A program made the position numbers and the translations under genes. A DNA stretch of 64,000 nt from an uncultured virus (IMG/VR IMGVR_UViG_3300028393_000047) (lineage: Duplodnaviria > Heunggongvirae > Uroviricota > Caudoviricetes), in the IMG/VR virus record IMGVR_UViG_3300028393_000047. One strand, 5' to 3'. Numbering within the stretch: the first letter of the stretch is position 1; every line of letters begins with the position of its first letter. This document shows, one piece after another, positions 10,359 through 19,648 of this stretch. The notes beneath the pieces were generated by a model. That model ran no database searches and was not told where the DNA came from. It was given only the letters and a program-made list of their open reading frames with translations.

Positions 10359-11315
10359 ATGGATCAAGTGATTGTCTTAGATGTTGCATTATCAGAATTT
10401 GCTAGTACATTTTTATCAGCACTTCAAGACACACCGATAATACAATTCATAGACACCAACGATAGAGCAATTGACTCTACGGTGGTGTTTCCAGACACGC
10501 ATTATGTATATGTAAATGTTAGACAGAATTTATATCTTTCTGATACTTTATTTGGTATTGAAAACGCAGAAATTCAAGTATATCAGTCAAATACAATTCA
10601 GCAATTAACTGATGCCTTTGACCGTTCTATTGCAAGTGGACTTTCTTTTGGCGTAAACAATCTATTTGTTCAGATACATCCAAATTCAGGCGAATCTACA
10701 CTTGCATTTGGTTCATCACAATTAAATACAATAATTTATGCACAAAGTGTAGTATCTACATTAGCATTTGGTTCTGAGAATTTAAACTTTACTGTAACTG
10801 TAAATTCTGTAAATTCTGCATTAAGTTTTGGCACCCCTTCTATTGTGCCATTGATTGCACCACAGTCTGTTACAATACAGAATAGTTTTGGAACATCAAA
10901 ATTAAATTATATATTATATCCTAATTCATATGAATCTGCGCTTGCATTTGGTACGTCAAAGATTAATATGGGAATTAAAGATGTTCCATTCCCATCAATT
11001 ACATCTACTTTAGTAATACCAAATCCAAGCGTTAAATTTATTATCAAGCCGTTGAGTATAGCAACAACTGTTAACTTTGGTACTGCTGGATTCATAGACA
11101 ATATTCATAGGTTGCTTGTCTTTAAAGATGATAATATTTCTAAGATTGGCGGAAACGATGCTACAGTTATTGCTGGAGGTATTAGGGTTAATCCATCAAG
11201 TACCCTTTCAGAAACTGCAACATCAGGAAGCGCAACTTTACCAAATAATCCGGCAGGATTTATGTCCATAAATATAGATGGAAGAGATTACTTGATGCCA
11301 TATTACAATGCTTAA
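10359..11315 (+). CDS. Putative fibre protein with ~21-aa S-x-x-S-x-L-x-FG repeats
   Basis: Repeats SGLSFG, STLAFG, STLAFG, SALSFG, QNSFG, SALAFG, TVNFG. Confidence 0.6.
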   Translation: MDQVIVLDVALSEFASTFLSALQDTPIIQFIDTNDRAIDSTVVFPDTHYVYVNVRQNLYLSDTLFGIENAEIQVYQSNTIQQLTDAFDRSIASGLSFGVNNLFVQIHPNSGESTLAFGSSQLNTIIYAQSVVSTLAFGSENLNFTVTVNSVNSALSFGTPSIVPLIAPQSVTIQNSFGTSKLNYILYPNSYESALAFGTSKINMGIKDVPFPSITSTLVIPNPSVKFIIKPLSIATTVNFGTAGFIDNIHRLLVFKDDNISKIGGNDATVIAGGIRVNPSSTLSETATSGSATLPNNPAGFMSINIDGRDYLMPYYNA

Positions 11316-11326
11316 AAACGGTATTG

Positions 11327-11334
11327 TATAAATA
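11327..11334 (+). promoter_or_regulatory. Late promoter TATAAATA
   Basis: Exact consensus upstream of the prohead core genes. Confidence 0.8.
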
Positions 11335-11361
11335 AGTTAACAGACAAAAAGGAAATATAAT

Positions 11362-11583
11362 ATGGAAAATGTACAGACAGCAATTCAACACGCATATGAT
11401 GCAAAACCGGCCGAGTTTAAAAACTCAATTCTTGACGCACTAAACGACAAGATACAGGATCATATTGAAGTTAAAAGAATGGAATTGGCAGGGTCTATTT
11501 TTAAAGATAGCGAAGAAGAAGTCGCATCTGGTGAAGAGGAATTTCAATCCAGTTCAGAAGGAAATGTAGATGAAGAACTTTAA
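11362..11583 (+). CDS. Small acidic prohead core protein (gp67-like)
   Basis: 73 aa, Glu-rich C-terminus, lies between portal and protease. Confidence 0.55.
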   Translation: MENVQTAIQHAYDAKPAEFKNSILDALNDKIQDHIEVKRMELAGSIFKDSEEEVASGEEEFQSSSEGNVDEEL

Positions 11584-12076
11584 AAGTTTTATCCAGTTGG
11601 ATGAAATAGAAAGAGTAAAGTACAAAGATGCTATTGCCAATAAAATGGCAGCCGTGTCATATCTTGCTCAAACTAAAGACCCTGGAGATTTAGAAAAAGT
11701 CGGACCTGAAGAAATCGGACCACACGACACTAAAAAAGGTTCTGGCAAACGTCCTGCTGATAGACTCGACAACAAGCAACCATTTGGTGAAGTTGATAGT
11801 CATCAGTCTAAGACTACAATGAAACACATTAGTAATCCAAATGCCGCTGAAAAGAAAGCCGCTAAAGATATCAAACCTGGTGTTGCTGGATACAAAGATA
11901 GAGTTGCAATGCTTAAAGCCGCACAGGCACGTGGTGCTTTGAAAAACGAAGATGTTGATTTACTCTCTAATCTTTACGATCAGTTAGACGAAAGCAATCA
12001 AGAAATCTTTTTGAATCAGTTGGAAGAAGATGCTGAAGTACTTTTAGCATTTGCAAAAACTATAGCGAAAGAATAA
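11570..12076 (+). CDS. Putative internal head/core protein
   Basis: N-terminus MKNFKSFIQLDE resembles the T4 capsid-targeting sequence; head gene cluster. Confidence 0.55.
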   Translation: MKNFKSFIQLDEIERVKYKDAIANKMAAVSYLAQTKDPGDLEKVGPEEIGPHDTKKGSGKRPADRLDNKQPFGEVDSHQSKTTMKHISNPNAAEKKAAKDIKPGVAGYKDRVAMLKAAQARGALKNEDVDLLSNLYDQLDESNQEIFLNQLEEDAEVLLAFAKTIAKE

Positions 12077-12077
12077 A

Positions 12078-12545
12078 ATGGCAGATACCGTAACCTCACA
12101 AACGCTAAAAGATCATGCATCAGCATGGGCGGTTAAGTTAACAAACATTTCTGATGGCACTGGTGAAACTAACATAACTAAAGTTAATGCAAATACTTTA
12201 ATTGCATCTAATGGTGATGGTAGCACACGGTTATCAATCACAAAATTATTTTGGAATGTATCAAAAGGAACGTCATCCACTATGGATCCTAGAGTTACTT
12301 TATTTTGGGCTAACTCAATTAATGGTGGCGCAAATACAACTATTGCAACTTTAAGTGGTTCTGGTATTGTAGATTTAACAGTAAACTTGCAAGCACCATT
12401 CACAAACAATGCGCCAAACACAGCAGGTAGCATTCTATTATCTACTACTGGATTTACTGCTAATGCCGCATATACATTAGTTCTTGAAGGTAAGAAAACT
12501 GCTGGATATTCTAGTCGTGAAACTACGGATGACGGTCAGACGTAA
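12078..12545 (+). CDS. Hypothetical virion protein
   Basis: Intact coupled ORF in the head cluster (MADTVTSQTL...). Confidence 0.6.
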   Translation: MADTVTSQTLKDHASAWAVKLTNISDGTGETNITKVNANTLIASNGDGSTRLSITKLFWNVSKGTSSTMDPRVTLFWANSINGGANTTIATLSGSGIVDLTVNLQAPFTNNAPNTAGSILLSTTGFTANAAYTLVLEGKKTAGYSSRETTDDGQT

Positions 12546-12835
12546 TGTTAAAATTTAAAGATTTTATATCTTTGTCTGACGAACAGGTAGACGAAGCTAG
12601 GCTTGTTAAAGTCAATAGAGTACGTGCTGGAATTGTTCAGCGCAGAAAAATTGTATCAGCAACACCTGGATATAAAGTCTTAGGAGGCAAACTTGTAAGA
12701 ATGTCTTCACAAGAAAAAATGCATCGTAAAATGGCACAACGCAAAGCGGCTAGAAAACGTGCACCAAAACTTGCTTTGATTCTACGCAAAAGAACAAGGT
12801 CACTTAGAAAAAGAACATCGGCAGGACTAAAATGA
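12545..12835 (+). CDS. Basic prohead core protein (gp68-like)
   Basis: Arg/Lys-rich, immediately before gp21; N-terminus MLKFKDFISLSDE. Confidence 0.6.
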   Translation: MLKFKDFISLSDEQVDEARLVKVNRVRAGIVQRRKIVSATPGYKVLGGKLVRMSSQEKMHRKMAQRKAARKRAPKLALILRKRTRSLRKRTSAGLK

Positions 12836-13482
12836 AACTAATCACAGAAATTAATGAGCAAGTAAATATCATTACTGAAGCAAACGAAGCTGGCGGTAGA
12901 AGTTTCTACATTGAAGGTATCTTCATGCAAGCAGAACAAAAGAATCGTAATGGAAGAATGTATCCATTAGCAGTTTTGCAAAAAGAAACAGATCGATATG
13001 TTACTGAAAGTGTAATGAAGAATCGTGCTTATGGTGAGTTAGGGCATCCAGATGGTCCAACTATCAATTTAGAACGTGTGTCACACATTACTAAGAGTTT
13101 GCGTCAAGATGGAAACAACTTCATCGGTAAAGCAAAGATTATGGAAACACCATACGGTAACATCGTAAAGAATTTAATGACTGAAGGCGCAACGCTAGGC
13201 GTATCTACAAGAGGCTTAGGTAGTCTCGTAGAAGGAAAAGATGGAACTAAAGTTGTTGGTAACGATTTTTATCTCGCAACATGTGCAGATATCGTAGCCG
13301 ATCCTTCAGCACCAGATGCATATGTACGTGGTATTATGGAAAATAAAGCATGGGTTTGGGATAACGGAATCATTAGAGAAGCCGACATTTCAACACAGAG
13401 ACAAGTCATTCAGAAGTCTTCTAAGAAAGACTTGGAAGAAAACATGATAAAAGTGTTTAAAGATTTCCTCTCCAAGCTATAA
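12832..13482 (+). CDS. gp21: Prohead core protease gp21
   Basis: MKLITE, NRNGRMYP, GELGHP, GVSTRGLGS, DIVADPSAPDA. Confidence 0.96.
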   Translation: MKLITEINEQVNIITEANEAGGRSFYIEGIFMQAEQKNRNGRMYPLAVLQKETDRYVTESVMKNRAYGELGHPDGPTINLERVSHITKSLRQDGNNFIGKAKIMETPYGNIVKNLMTEGATLGVSTRGLGSLVEGKDGTKVVGNDFYLATCADIVADPSAPDAYVRGIMENKAWVWDNGIIREADISTQRQVIQKSSKKDLEENMIKVFKDFLSKL

Positions 13483-13487
13483 TTTTG

Positions 13488-13495
13488 TATAAATA
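13488..13495 (+). promoter_or_regulatory. Late promoter TATAAATA
   Basis: Exact consensus upstream of gp22. Confidence 0.8.
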
Positions 13496-13537
13496 CATAT
13501 ACTAATAATTTTAAATATCGTATAAAGGAGACCTATT

Positions 13538-14446
13538 ATGACTGATGTAAATAACAAGGATGATGAATTGTTGGAAGGAGAACTTCCACCTGCGTTAAAA
13601 GCGGCCATCGAAAAGAAAAAAGCTAAAGAAATGAAAGATGATGATGCCGATGAACCAAAAGGAAAAGCGGCGGATGAAAAAGAAGACGAAAAAGAAAAAA
13701 TGATGAAAGAGAAAAAACAAGCAAAAGTAAAAGAAGACATTGATGCTATTTTCTCTGGTGAATCTCTTTCTGAAGAATTTAAAAATAATGCTAAAGCTAT
13801 TTTTGAAGCGGCTATTTTTGCTAAAGTAGAAGAAGCAACAACTGCATTAGAAGAAGAATATGCAGAAAAATTAGAAACAGAAGTTGCATCTATCAACGAA
13901 AATTTGGTTACAAAAGTTGACGAATACCTTGAGTATGTCGTTACTGAGTGGATGGAAGAAAACAAACTTGCTATCGAAAAGGGTATCAAGGCTGAATTAG
14001 CTGAAGATTTTATGATTGGTTTAAAGAACCTATTCACAGAGCATTATGTTGACATTCCAGAAGACAAAGTAAATGTTGTTGAGGAATTTGCAGAACAAGT
14101 TGAAACACTTGAATCTGAACTAGACAAAGCAGTTACTGAAGTTGCAAACTTGAATTCACAAATCAATATCTTCAAAAAAGAACACATTGTTAGCGAAGTT
14201 TCAGAAGGCCTTAGCGAAGTTCAATTTGCAAAATTAAAATCTCTTGCAGAAGGAATTGAATTCGTTTCAGAACAAGACTACAAAGAAAAACTTCTTTTAA
14301 CAAAAAAGAAATATTTTGATGAATCTTCACAAGATACAGTTAAAAAAGCGGCTCCAATGGACGATGATGTTTCTACTATTGAAGAATCATTCACTCCAGT
14401 AATGAACCACTATGTACAAAATATTTCTAGAACACTCAAGAAATAA
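13538..14446 (+). CDS. gp22: Prohead scaffold protein gp22
   Basis: LSEEFK...IFEAA, YLEYVVTEWMEENKLAIE; acidic coiled coil between gp21 and gp23. Confidence 0.93.
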   Translation: MTDVNNKDDELLEGELPPALKAAIEKKKAKEMKDDDADEPKGKAADEKEDEKEKMMKEKKQAKVKEDIDAIFSGESLSEEFKNNAKAIFEAAIFAKVEEATTALEEEYAEKLETEVASINENLVTKVDEYLEYVVTEWMEENKLAIEKGIKAELAEDFMIGLKNLFTEHYVDIPEDKVNVVEEFAEQVETLESELDKAVTEVANLNSQINIFKKEHIVSEVSEGLSEVQFAKLKSLAEGIEFVSEQDYKEKLLLTKKKYFDESSQDTVKKAAPMDDDVSTIEESFTPVMNHYVQNISRTLKK

Positions 14447-14451
14447 GTTTT

Positions 14452-14459
14452 TATAAATA
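14452..14459 (+). promoter_or_regulatory. Late promoter TATAAATA
   Basis: Exact consensus upstream of the major capsid gene. Confidence 0.85.
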
Positions 14460-14487
14460 AATTAAACAATACTCAAAGGAGAAAAAC

Positions 14488-15840
14488 ATGAGCGTAGAAA
14501 ATCTTTTAAAAAAATGGGCACCAGTTCTTGACCATGGCGCTTTAGCCTCAATCAAGGATTCCCATAAGCGTGCCGTAACAGCACAACTTCTTGAGAACCA
14601 AGAACGTGCTTGCCGTGAAGATGCACAGGGTTCTGGTGGTTATCGCAATCAAACATCGTTGTTGTCTGAAACTGCACCTGCTAACGCAATGGGCGCATCT
14701 TCATCTACAGCGGCCGATGGTGCAATCGACATTTATGATCCAGTTTTAATTAGCTTGGTTCGCCGTTCTGCACCTAACTTAATCGCATACGACATTTGCG
14801 GTGTTCAACCAATGACAGGTCCAACAGGCTTGATCTTTGCAATGCGTAGCCGTTACACCACACAAGGTGGAACTGAAGCATTGTTCAACGAAGCAAACAC
14901 TTCATTCTCTTCTGTTGCAGGTGGAACATCTCCAGTTGCCGCAGCCCACACAGGTGCATCTCCAGCTGACTTGTCAGGTGGTACAGAGTACACACGTGGT
15001 ACAGGTATGACAACAGCCAATGCTGAAGCATTAGGTGATGGTTCTGGTAATCAATTCCAAGAGATGGCATTCTCCATTGAAAAGATTGCTGTTACTGCAA
15101 AGAGCCGTGCTTTGAAAGCAGAATACACAATGGAACTTGCACAAGACTTGAAAGCAGTCCATGGTTTGGATGCTGAACAAGAATTAGCAAACATTCTTTC
15201 TACAGAAATCTTAGCTGAAATTAACCGTGAAGTTGTTCGTACTATCAACTTGACAGCTACTATTGGCGCACAAGAGAACGTTACAACTGCTGGCACATTC
15301 AACCTTGATGTTGACTCTAACGGTCGTTGGTCTGTTGAGAAGTTCAAAGGTTTGATGTTCCAATTAGAGCGTGAAGCCAATGCAATTGCTAAAGCAACTC
15401 GTAGAGGTAAAGGTAACGTGCTTATCTGTTCTTCAGACGTAGCATCTGCATTGCAAATGGCTGGTGTTCTTGATTACACTCCAGCACTTGCATCTAACAA
15501 CTTACAAGTTGATGACACAGGTAACACATTCGCTGGTGTATTGAATGGTCGTATCAAAGTTTATATTGATCCATATTTTGCCGCAACATCTGGTACACAC
15601 TATGCAACAATCGGCTACAAAGGCACTTCAGCTTTTGATGCTGGCTTGTTCTATTGCCCATACGTTCCATTGCAAATGGTTCGTGCAGTTGGTCAAGACA
15701 CATTCCAACCAAAGATTGGTTTCAAAACACGTTACGGTATGGTCGCAAACCCATTCGCAACATCGGCTGCTGATGGTACATTGACTTTCGCTAACAAGAA
15801 CATCTACTATCGTAGATTTTCAATTACGAACTTGATGTAA
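14488..15840 (+). CDS. gp23: Major capsid protein gp23
   Basis: GVQPMTGPTGLIFAMR, KSRALKAEYTMELAQDLKAVHGLDAE, FQPKIGFKTRYG. Confidence 0.98.
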   Translation: MSVENLLKKWAPVLDHGALASIKDSHKRAVTAQLLENQERACREDAQGSGGYRNQTSLLSETAPANAMGASSSTAADGAIDIYDPVLISLVRRSAPNLIAYDICGVQPMTGPTGLIFAMRSRYTTQGGTEALFNEANTSFSSVAGGTSPVAAAHTGASPADLSGGTEYTRGTGMTTANAEALGDGSGNQFQEMAFSIEKIAVTAKSRALKAEYTMELAQDLKAVHGLDAEQELANILSTEILAEINREVVRTINLTATIGAQENVTTAGTFNLDVDSNGRWSVEKFKGLMFQLEREANAIAKATRRGKGNVLICSSDVASALQMAGVLDYTPALASNNLQVDDTGNTFAGVLNGRIKVYIDPYFAATSGTHYATIGYKGTSAFDAGLFYCPYVPLQMVRAVGQDTFQPKIGFKTRYGMVANPFATSAADGTLTFANKNIYYRRFSITNLM

Positions 15841-15871
15841 TTGATTAAACCGAGAACACATCGGTATTAAG

Positions 15872-15898
15872 AAGAGGACCTTAGGGTCCTCTTTTTTT
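15872..15898 (+). terminator. Rho-independent terminator after gp23
   Basis: AAGAGGACC-ttag-GGTCCTCTT followed by a T run. Confidence 0.9.
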
Positions 15899-15930
15899 GT
15901 CTGCATAAATAGAAGACAAGAGGAGATAAC

Positions 15931-16446
15931 ATGGCTACACTATCAACAACACCAGCAAATAGAAGTTTTCTTTCTAATAATAAATTTGATTTTGTTCTTA
16001 GACGAATTCCCAACTTCACATATTTTGTGCAAGCTGTAAATTTACCAAGCATGTCGCTACAATCAACTAGCATTAACACACCATTTTCTGCATTGAGTGT
16101 ACCAGGAAATCAAATCAGCTTTGGCACATTAACATTGACGTTTATAGTCGATGAAGATATGCAATCATGGTATGAATTATATAATTGGATATTTAAACTA
16201 GGTAATCCAAAAGGCTATGATAAAAGAGGTGGGCTAAAAGATAATGATGAATTGCTTGACAGCGTAACTTCTGATGCAACACTATTCATTAAAACAAACG
16301 CAAACAATCCAAACTTTAAAATTGATTTCTATGGTGCATATCCTACCGAATTGGGAGACATGCAATTTTCAGCCGTGGACAATCAAGAGTTTATTACCTC
16401 TACAGTAACGTTTAACTACACCTACTACGAAGCAACAAACATTTGA
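15931..16446 (+). CDS. gp3: Tail completion protein gp3
   Basis: YFVQAVNLPS, FIVDEDMQSWYELYNW, SDATL; CATAAATA at 15904-15911. Confidence 0.85.
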   Translation: MATLSTTPANRSFLSNNKFDFVLRRIPNFTYFVQAVNLPSMSLQSTSINTPFSALSVPGNQISFGTLTLTFIVDEDMQSWYELYNWIFKLGNPKGYDKRGGLKDNDELLDSVTSDATLFIKTNANNPNFKIDFYGAYPTELGDMQFSAVDNQEFITSTVTFNYTYYEATNI

Positions 16447-16471
16447 CATTTGCCTTGGAATGTGTTATTAT
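16443..16471 (+). promoter_or_regulatory. Sigma70-like promoter for uvsY
   Basis: TTGACA-17 nt-TATTAT with TGn extension. Confidence 0.7.
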
Positions 16472-16506
16472 AATGATGAATACGAATATTGAATTGAAGG
16501 ATTATT

Positions 16507-16944
16507 ATGACGTTAGATCAAATGATGGAAGAGTGGAGACTTGACGCTACAGTTGACTCCACAGAGTTAGGTATCGCATCTTTGAAGATACCAGAACTGC
16601 ACAGCAAATATCTCAAAATTTATTTTGATGAAAGACGCAAACTCAAAGCACTTGAGTTTCAAAGCAAAGATTTATCTTTGAAGAAGTATGAGTATTACAA
16701 TGGAAAACTTTCACAAGAAGAACTTGACGAACTCAATTGGGAGCCTTTCGTTAAACGTTTGATGAAGAATGAAGTTGATATGTATCTTGACTCTGATAAA
16801 GATATTATACACAACAATGTTCGCATAATCAATCAAAAAGAAAAATTAGCGTTTCTGGAAGAAGTACTTAAGAACGTCAACCAACGCAATTTTCAGATTA
16901 AGAATGCTATAGAATGGAAGAAGTTTACGCAAGGTGTACAATAA
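16507..16944 (+). CDS. uvsY: Recombination mediator UvsY
   Basis: SLKIPELHSKY, YYNGK, RNFQIKNAIEWKKF. Confidence 0.9.
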   Translation: MTLDQMMEEWRLDATVDSTELGIASLKIPELHSKYLKIYFDERRKLKALEFQSKDLSLKKYEYYNGKLSQEELDELNWEPFVKRLMKNEVDMYLDSDKDIIHNNVRIINQKEKLAFLEEVLKNVNQRNFQIKNAIEWKKFTQGVQ

Positions 16945-18394
16945 ACTCTATATCTCAAAAGTAGATGAAGTCTACGCACACATCAAGTGTGAGAACTCCG
17001 ATGCAATGGAGTTGAATGAATACTTCACGTTCTACGTTCCCGGTTACAAATTCATGCCCGCATTCAGAAACAAAGTGTGGGATGGAAAGATACGTCTATT
17101 CAATTCTCAGAACAGACAAATTTATTATGGTTTGATTCCATACTTAGAAAAGTTTGCTAAAGAACGTGACTACGTAATTGAATTTGATGAATCAGTAGAA
17201 ACGTATGACGAATTTTCTGTAACAGAAGCAAAAGACTTTATTGATACGCTAGGTGTACCATTTGAAGTTAGAGACTATCAAATAGATGCATTCATTCATG
17301 CAGTACGTAGTAGAAGAAACTTATTAGTATCACCAACAGCATCTGGCAAGTCGCTTATCATATATCTCATTGCGAGATATTTAAATTGCAAAACTCTTAT
17401 CATTGTTCCTACGATATCACTTGTTGCACAGTTATACAAAGACTTTGCAGACTATGGATTCGAGAGTGATAAATACATACACCAGATTATGTCAGGTGCA
17501 AGCAAAGAAACTGATTGCCCCATTGTCATATCTACATGGCAATCAATTTACAAGATGCCAAAAGAATGGTTTGAAGAATTTGAATTAGTTGTTGGAGATG
17601 AAGCGCATTTGTTTAAAGCAAAGTCGTTGATATCAATTCTAACAAAACTAACAGAGTGCAAATATAGATTTGGATTGACAGGCACACTAGATGGCACACA
17701 GACACATAGATTAGTTTTAGAAGGATTGTTTGGTAAAGTCAAACAGATTACAACAACAAAAGAATTGATTGACTCTGGACGATTAGCTAAGTTTAGAATC
17801 AAAGCATTGGTGCTTAAGCATAACGAAGAATCATGTAAGCTAGGTAAGAATTTTAAATATCAAGATGAGATAAATTATATTATAGGTAAGCCGTCACGTA
17901 ATAGATTCATTAGAAATCTAACTATGGGTTTAGAAGGTAACACTCTGTTGCTGTATCAATTCGTTGAAAAGCACGGCAGAATACTGTATAATATGATTAA
18001 GGACGCAGTAGAAGAAAATAGACCTGTATTTTTTATTCATGGTGCTGTTGGAGTAGATGAACGAGAAGAAGTTCGTAGAATTACTGAAGAAGAAGAGAAT
18101 GCAATCATCGTAGCATCGTATGGAACATTCTCTACTGGTATCAATATTCGTAATCTACACAATGTTATTTTTGCTTCACCAAGCAAGAGTAAGATTAGAA
18201 CACTACAGTCTATTGGGCGAGGATTGCGTTTGGGTGACAATAAAAAAGAAGCTATTCTATATGACATATCTGATGACATGACTTATAAAAGTAGAAAGAA
18301 TTTTACGTTAGAACATTTTATTGAACGGATGAAAATCTACAACGATGAAAAGTTTGAATATAAAATCTATACGTTAAATTTAAAGGAAGAATAA
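16934..18394 (+). CDS. uvsW: SF2 helicase UvsW
   Basis: SPTASGKS, DEAH, GLTGT, QSIGRGLR. Confidence 0.95.
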   Translation: MYNKLYISKVDEVYAHIKCENSDAMELNEYFTFYVPGYKFMPAFRNKVWDGKIRLFNSQNRQIYYGLIPYLEKFAKERDYVIEFDESVETYDEFSVTEAKDFIDTLGVPFEVRDYQIDAFIHAVRSRRNLLVSPTASGKSLIIYLIARYLNCKTLIIVPTISLVAQLYKDFADYGFESDKYIHQIMSGASKETDCPIVISTWQSIYKMPKEWFEEFELVVGDEAHLFKAKSLISILTKLTECKYRFGLTGTLDGTQTHRLVLEGLFGKVKQITTTKELIDSGRLAKFRIKALVLKHNEESCKLGKNFKYQDEINYIIGKPSRNRFIRNLTMGLEGNTLLLYQFVEKHGRILYNMIKDAVEENRPVFFIHGAVGVDEREEVRRITEEEENAIIVASYGTFSTGINIRNLHNVIFASPSKSKIRTLQSIGRGLRLGDNKKEAILYDISDDMTYKSRKNFTLEHFIERMKIYNDEKFEYKIYTLNLKEE

Positions 18395-18792
18395 TGCTGT
18401 GCAAAGTACTAAAATTAACAAACGGTGATACTCTCATCGGAAATGTTGTTGAAGAAAGTAGAGGCTTCATTGAAGTGCATCGCCCTATGAGAGTTGTTGT
18501 TGTTCCTAGAGATGAACACATGTATAGTTTATCTCTTACAAAATGGGATCCACTTATGAATTTTAGCATTCCCGCTAGAATCTTTAAGCAAAGTATTGTT
18601 TCCGTATCAGAAGCTACTACAGAAATTGTTAGAGTTTATGGGGAAGCGTATAACGAATTTGATTCGGACAATGAACCTGATATTGAGATTGATGATGAAA
18701 ATCAATCGGAAGACAGGATGTCTGAAATTAAGGAAGAGATTGATAGGATGAGAATGGCAATGACTTCATCTAACAATCATATATTACATTAA
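18394..18792 (+). CDS. Conserved hypothetical protein (Sm-like fold suspected)
   Basis: KVLKLTNGDTLIG N-terminus; sits between uvsW and gp55. Confidence 0.6.
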   Translation: MLCKVLKLTNGDTLIGNVVEESRGFIEVHRPMRVVVVPRDEHMYSLSLTKWDPLMNFSIPARIFKQSIVSVSEATTEIVRVYGEAYNEFDSDNEPDIEIDDENQSEDRMSEIKEEIDRMRMAMTSSNNHILH

Positions 18793-18861
18793 GTCTTTAT
18801 CAAACAGGACACAGCAATAATAACTCATTGTCAAGTGTTTGTCAACTAACTGAGGTGAAAC

Positions 18862-19488
18862 ATGACTATTACTACCACTACCGTGAAAACAACAAAAGTG
18901 AAGCATTACGTAAACAACGAACATTTCCTACAAGAGATGGTTGTTTTTCGTGCGGCTGTTAAAGAAGCAAAAGAAATAAATGGAGAACGTCCAAGAGTAC
19001 CTGAGTACATTGGCGAATGCTTGTTTAAAATTGCAACGCACTTGGCACGTAAACCAAACTTTGCAAACTATACATTCAAAGAAGATATGGTATCTGATGG
19101 TATTGAAAACTGTCTACTGTACATTGATAACTTTGATCCTGAGAAGTCTAAAAATCCATTTGCATACTTTACTCAAATCATTTACTATGCATTCTTGCGA
19201 AGAATTCAAAAAGAGAAAAAACATTTATATATAAAATACAAGAGCATGGACAATCTTATCATTACTTCACTCATCGAAAACAATGGAGAAGACTATGTGA
19301 CTTCAGGACTCAATGGAGTATTACATGACGCATACAGCGAAGAATTCATTAGTGATTTCATTAATGCATTTGAAGCAAACAAAGAAAAAAAGATTGCCAA
19401 TGCAAAGCCTAGAAAGAAAAAGAAAGAAACTATATTTGATGAATTTCTGGAGAAAGATAATGCAGACACCCATTCCAGTCCAACTTGA
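18862..19488 (+). CDS. gp55: Late-transcription sigma factor gp55
   Basis: HYVNN, YIGECLFKIA, DMVSDGIENC, NPFAYFTQIIYYAFLRRI. Confidence 0.96.
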   Translation: MTITTTTVKTTKVKHYVNNEHFLQEMVVFRAAVKEAKEINGERPRVPEYIGECLFKIATHLARKPNFANYTFKEDMVSDGIENCLLYIDNFDPEKSKNPFAYFTQIIYYAFLRRIQKEKKHLYIKYKSMDNLIITSLIENNGEDYVTSGLNGVLHDAYSEEFISDFINAFEANKEKKIANAKPRKKKKETIFDEFLEKDNADTHSSPT

Positions 19489-19648
19489 AAACTGGCTAAA
19501 GATTGTGAATAATAAAAGATCGCCGCAAGATTTAAGAGATGCCGCTATCTTGCATTTGACTGCAATTCGTGCTATAATTGATAAATCTTTAGGTACAACA
19601 ATGAAGAAGCAAGGGCAACGGAAGTATGAGAATATGTCTATTAGGTGA
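19460..19648 (+). CDS. Small hypothetical protein
   Basis: ATG at 19460 after GGAG; overlaps both neighbours. Confidence 0.5.
   Translation: MQTPIPVQLENWLKIVNNKRSPQDLRDAAILHLTAIRAIIDKSLGTTMKKQGQRKYENMSIR
19550..19578 (+). promoter_or_regulatory. Sigma70-like promoter for gp47/gp46
   Basis: TTGCAT-17 nt-TATAAT with TGn. Confidence 0.6.
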
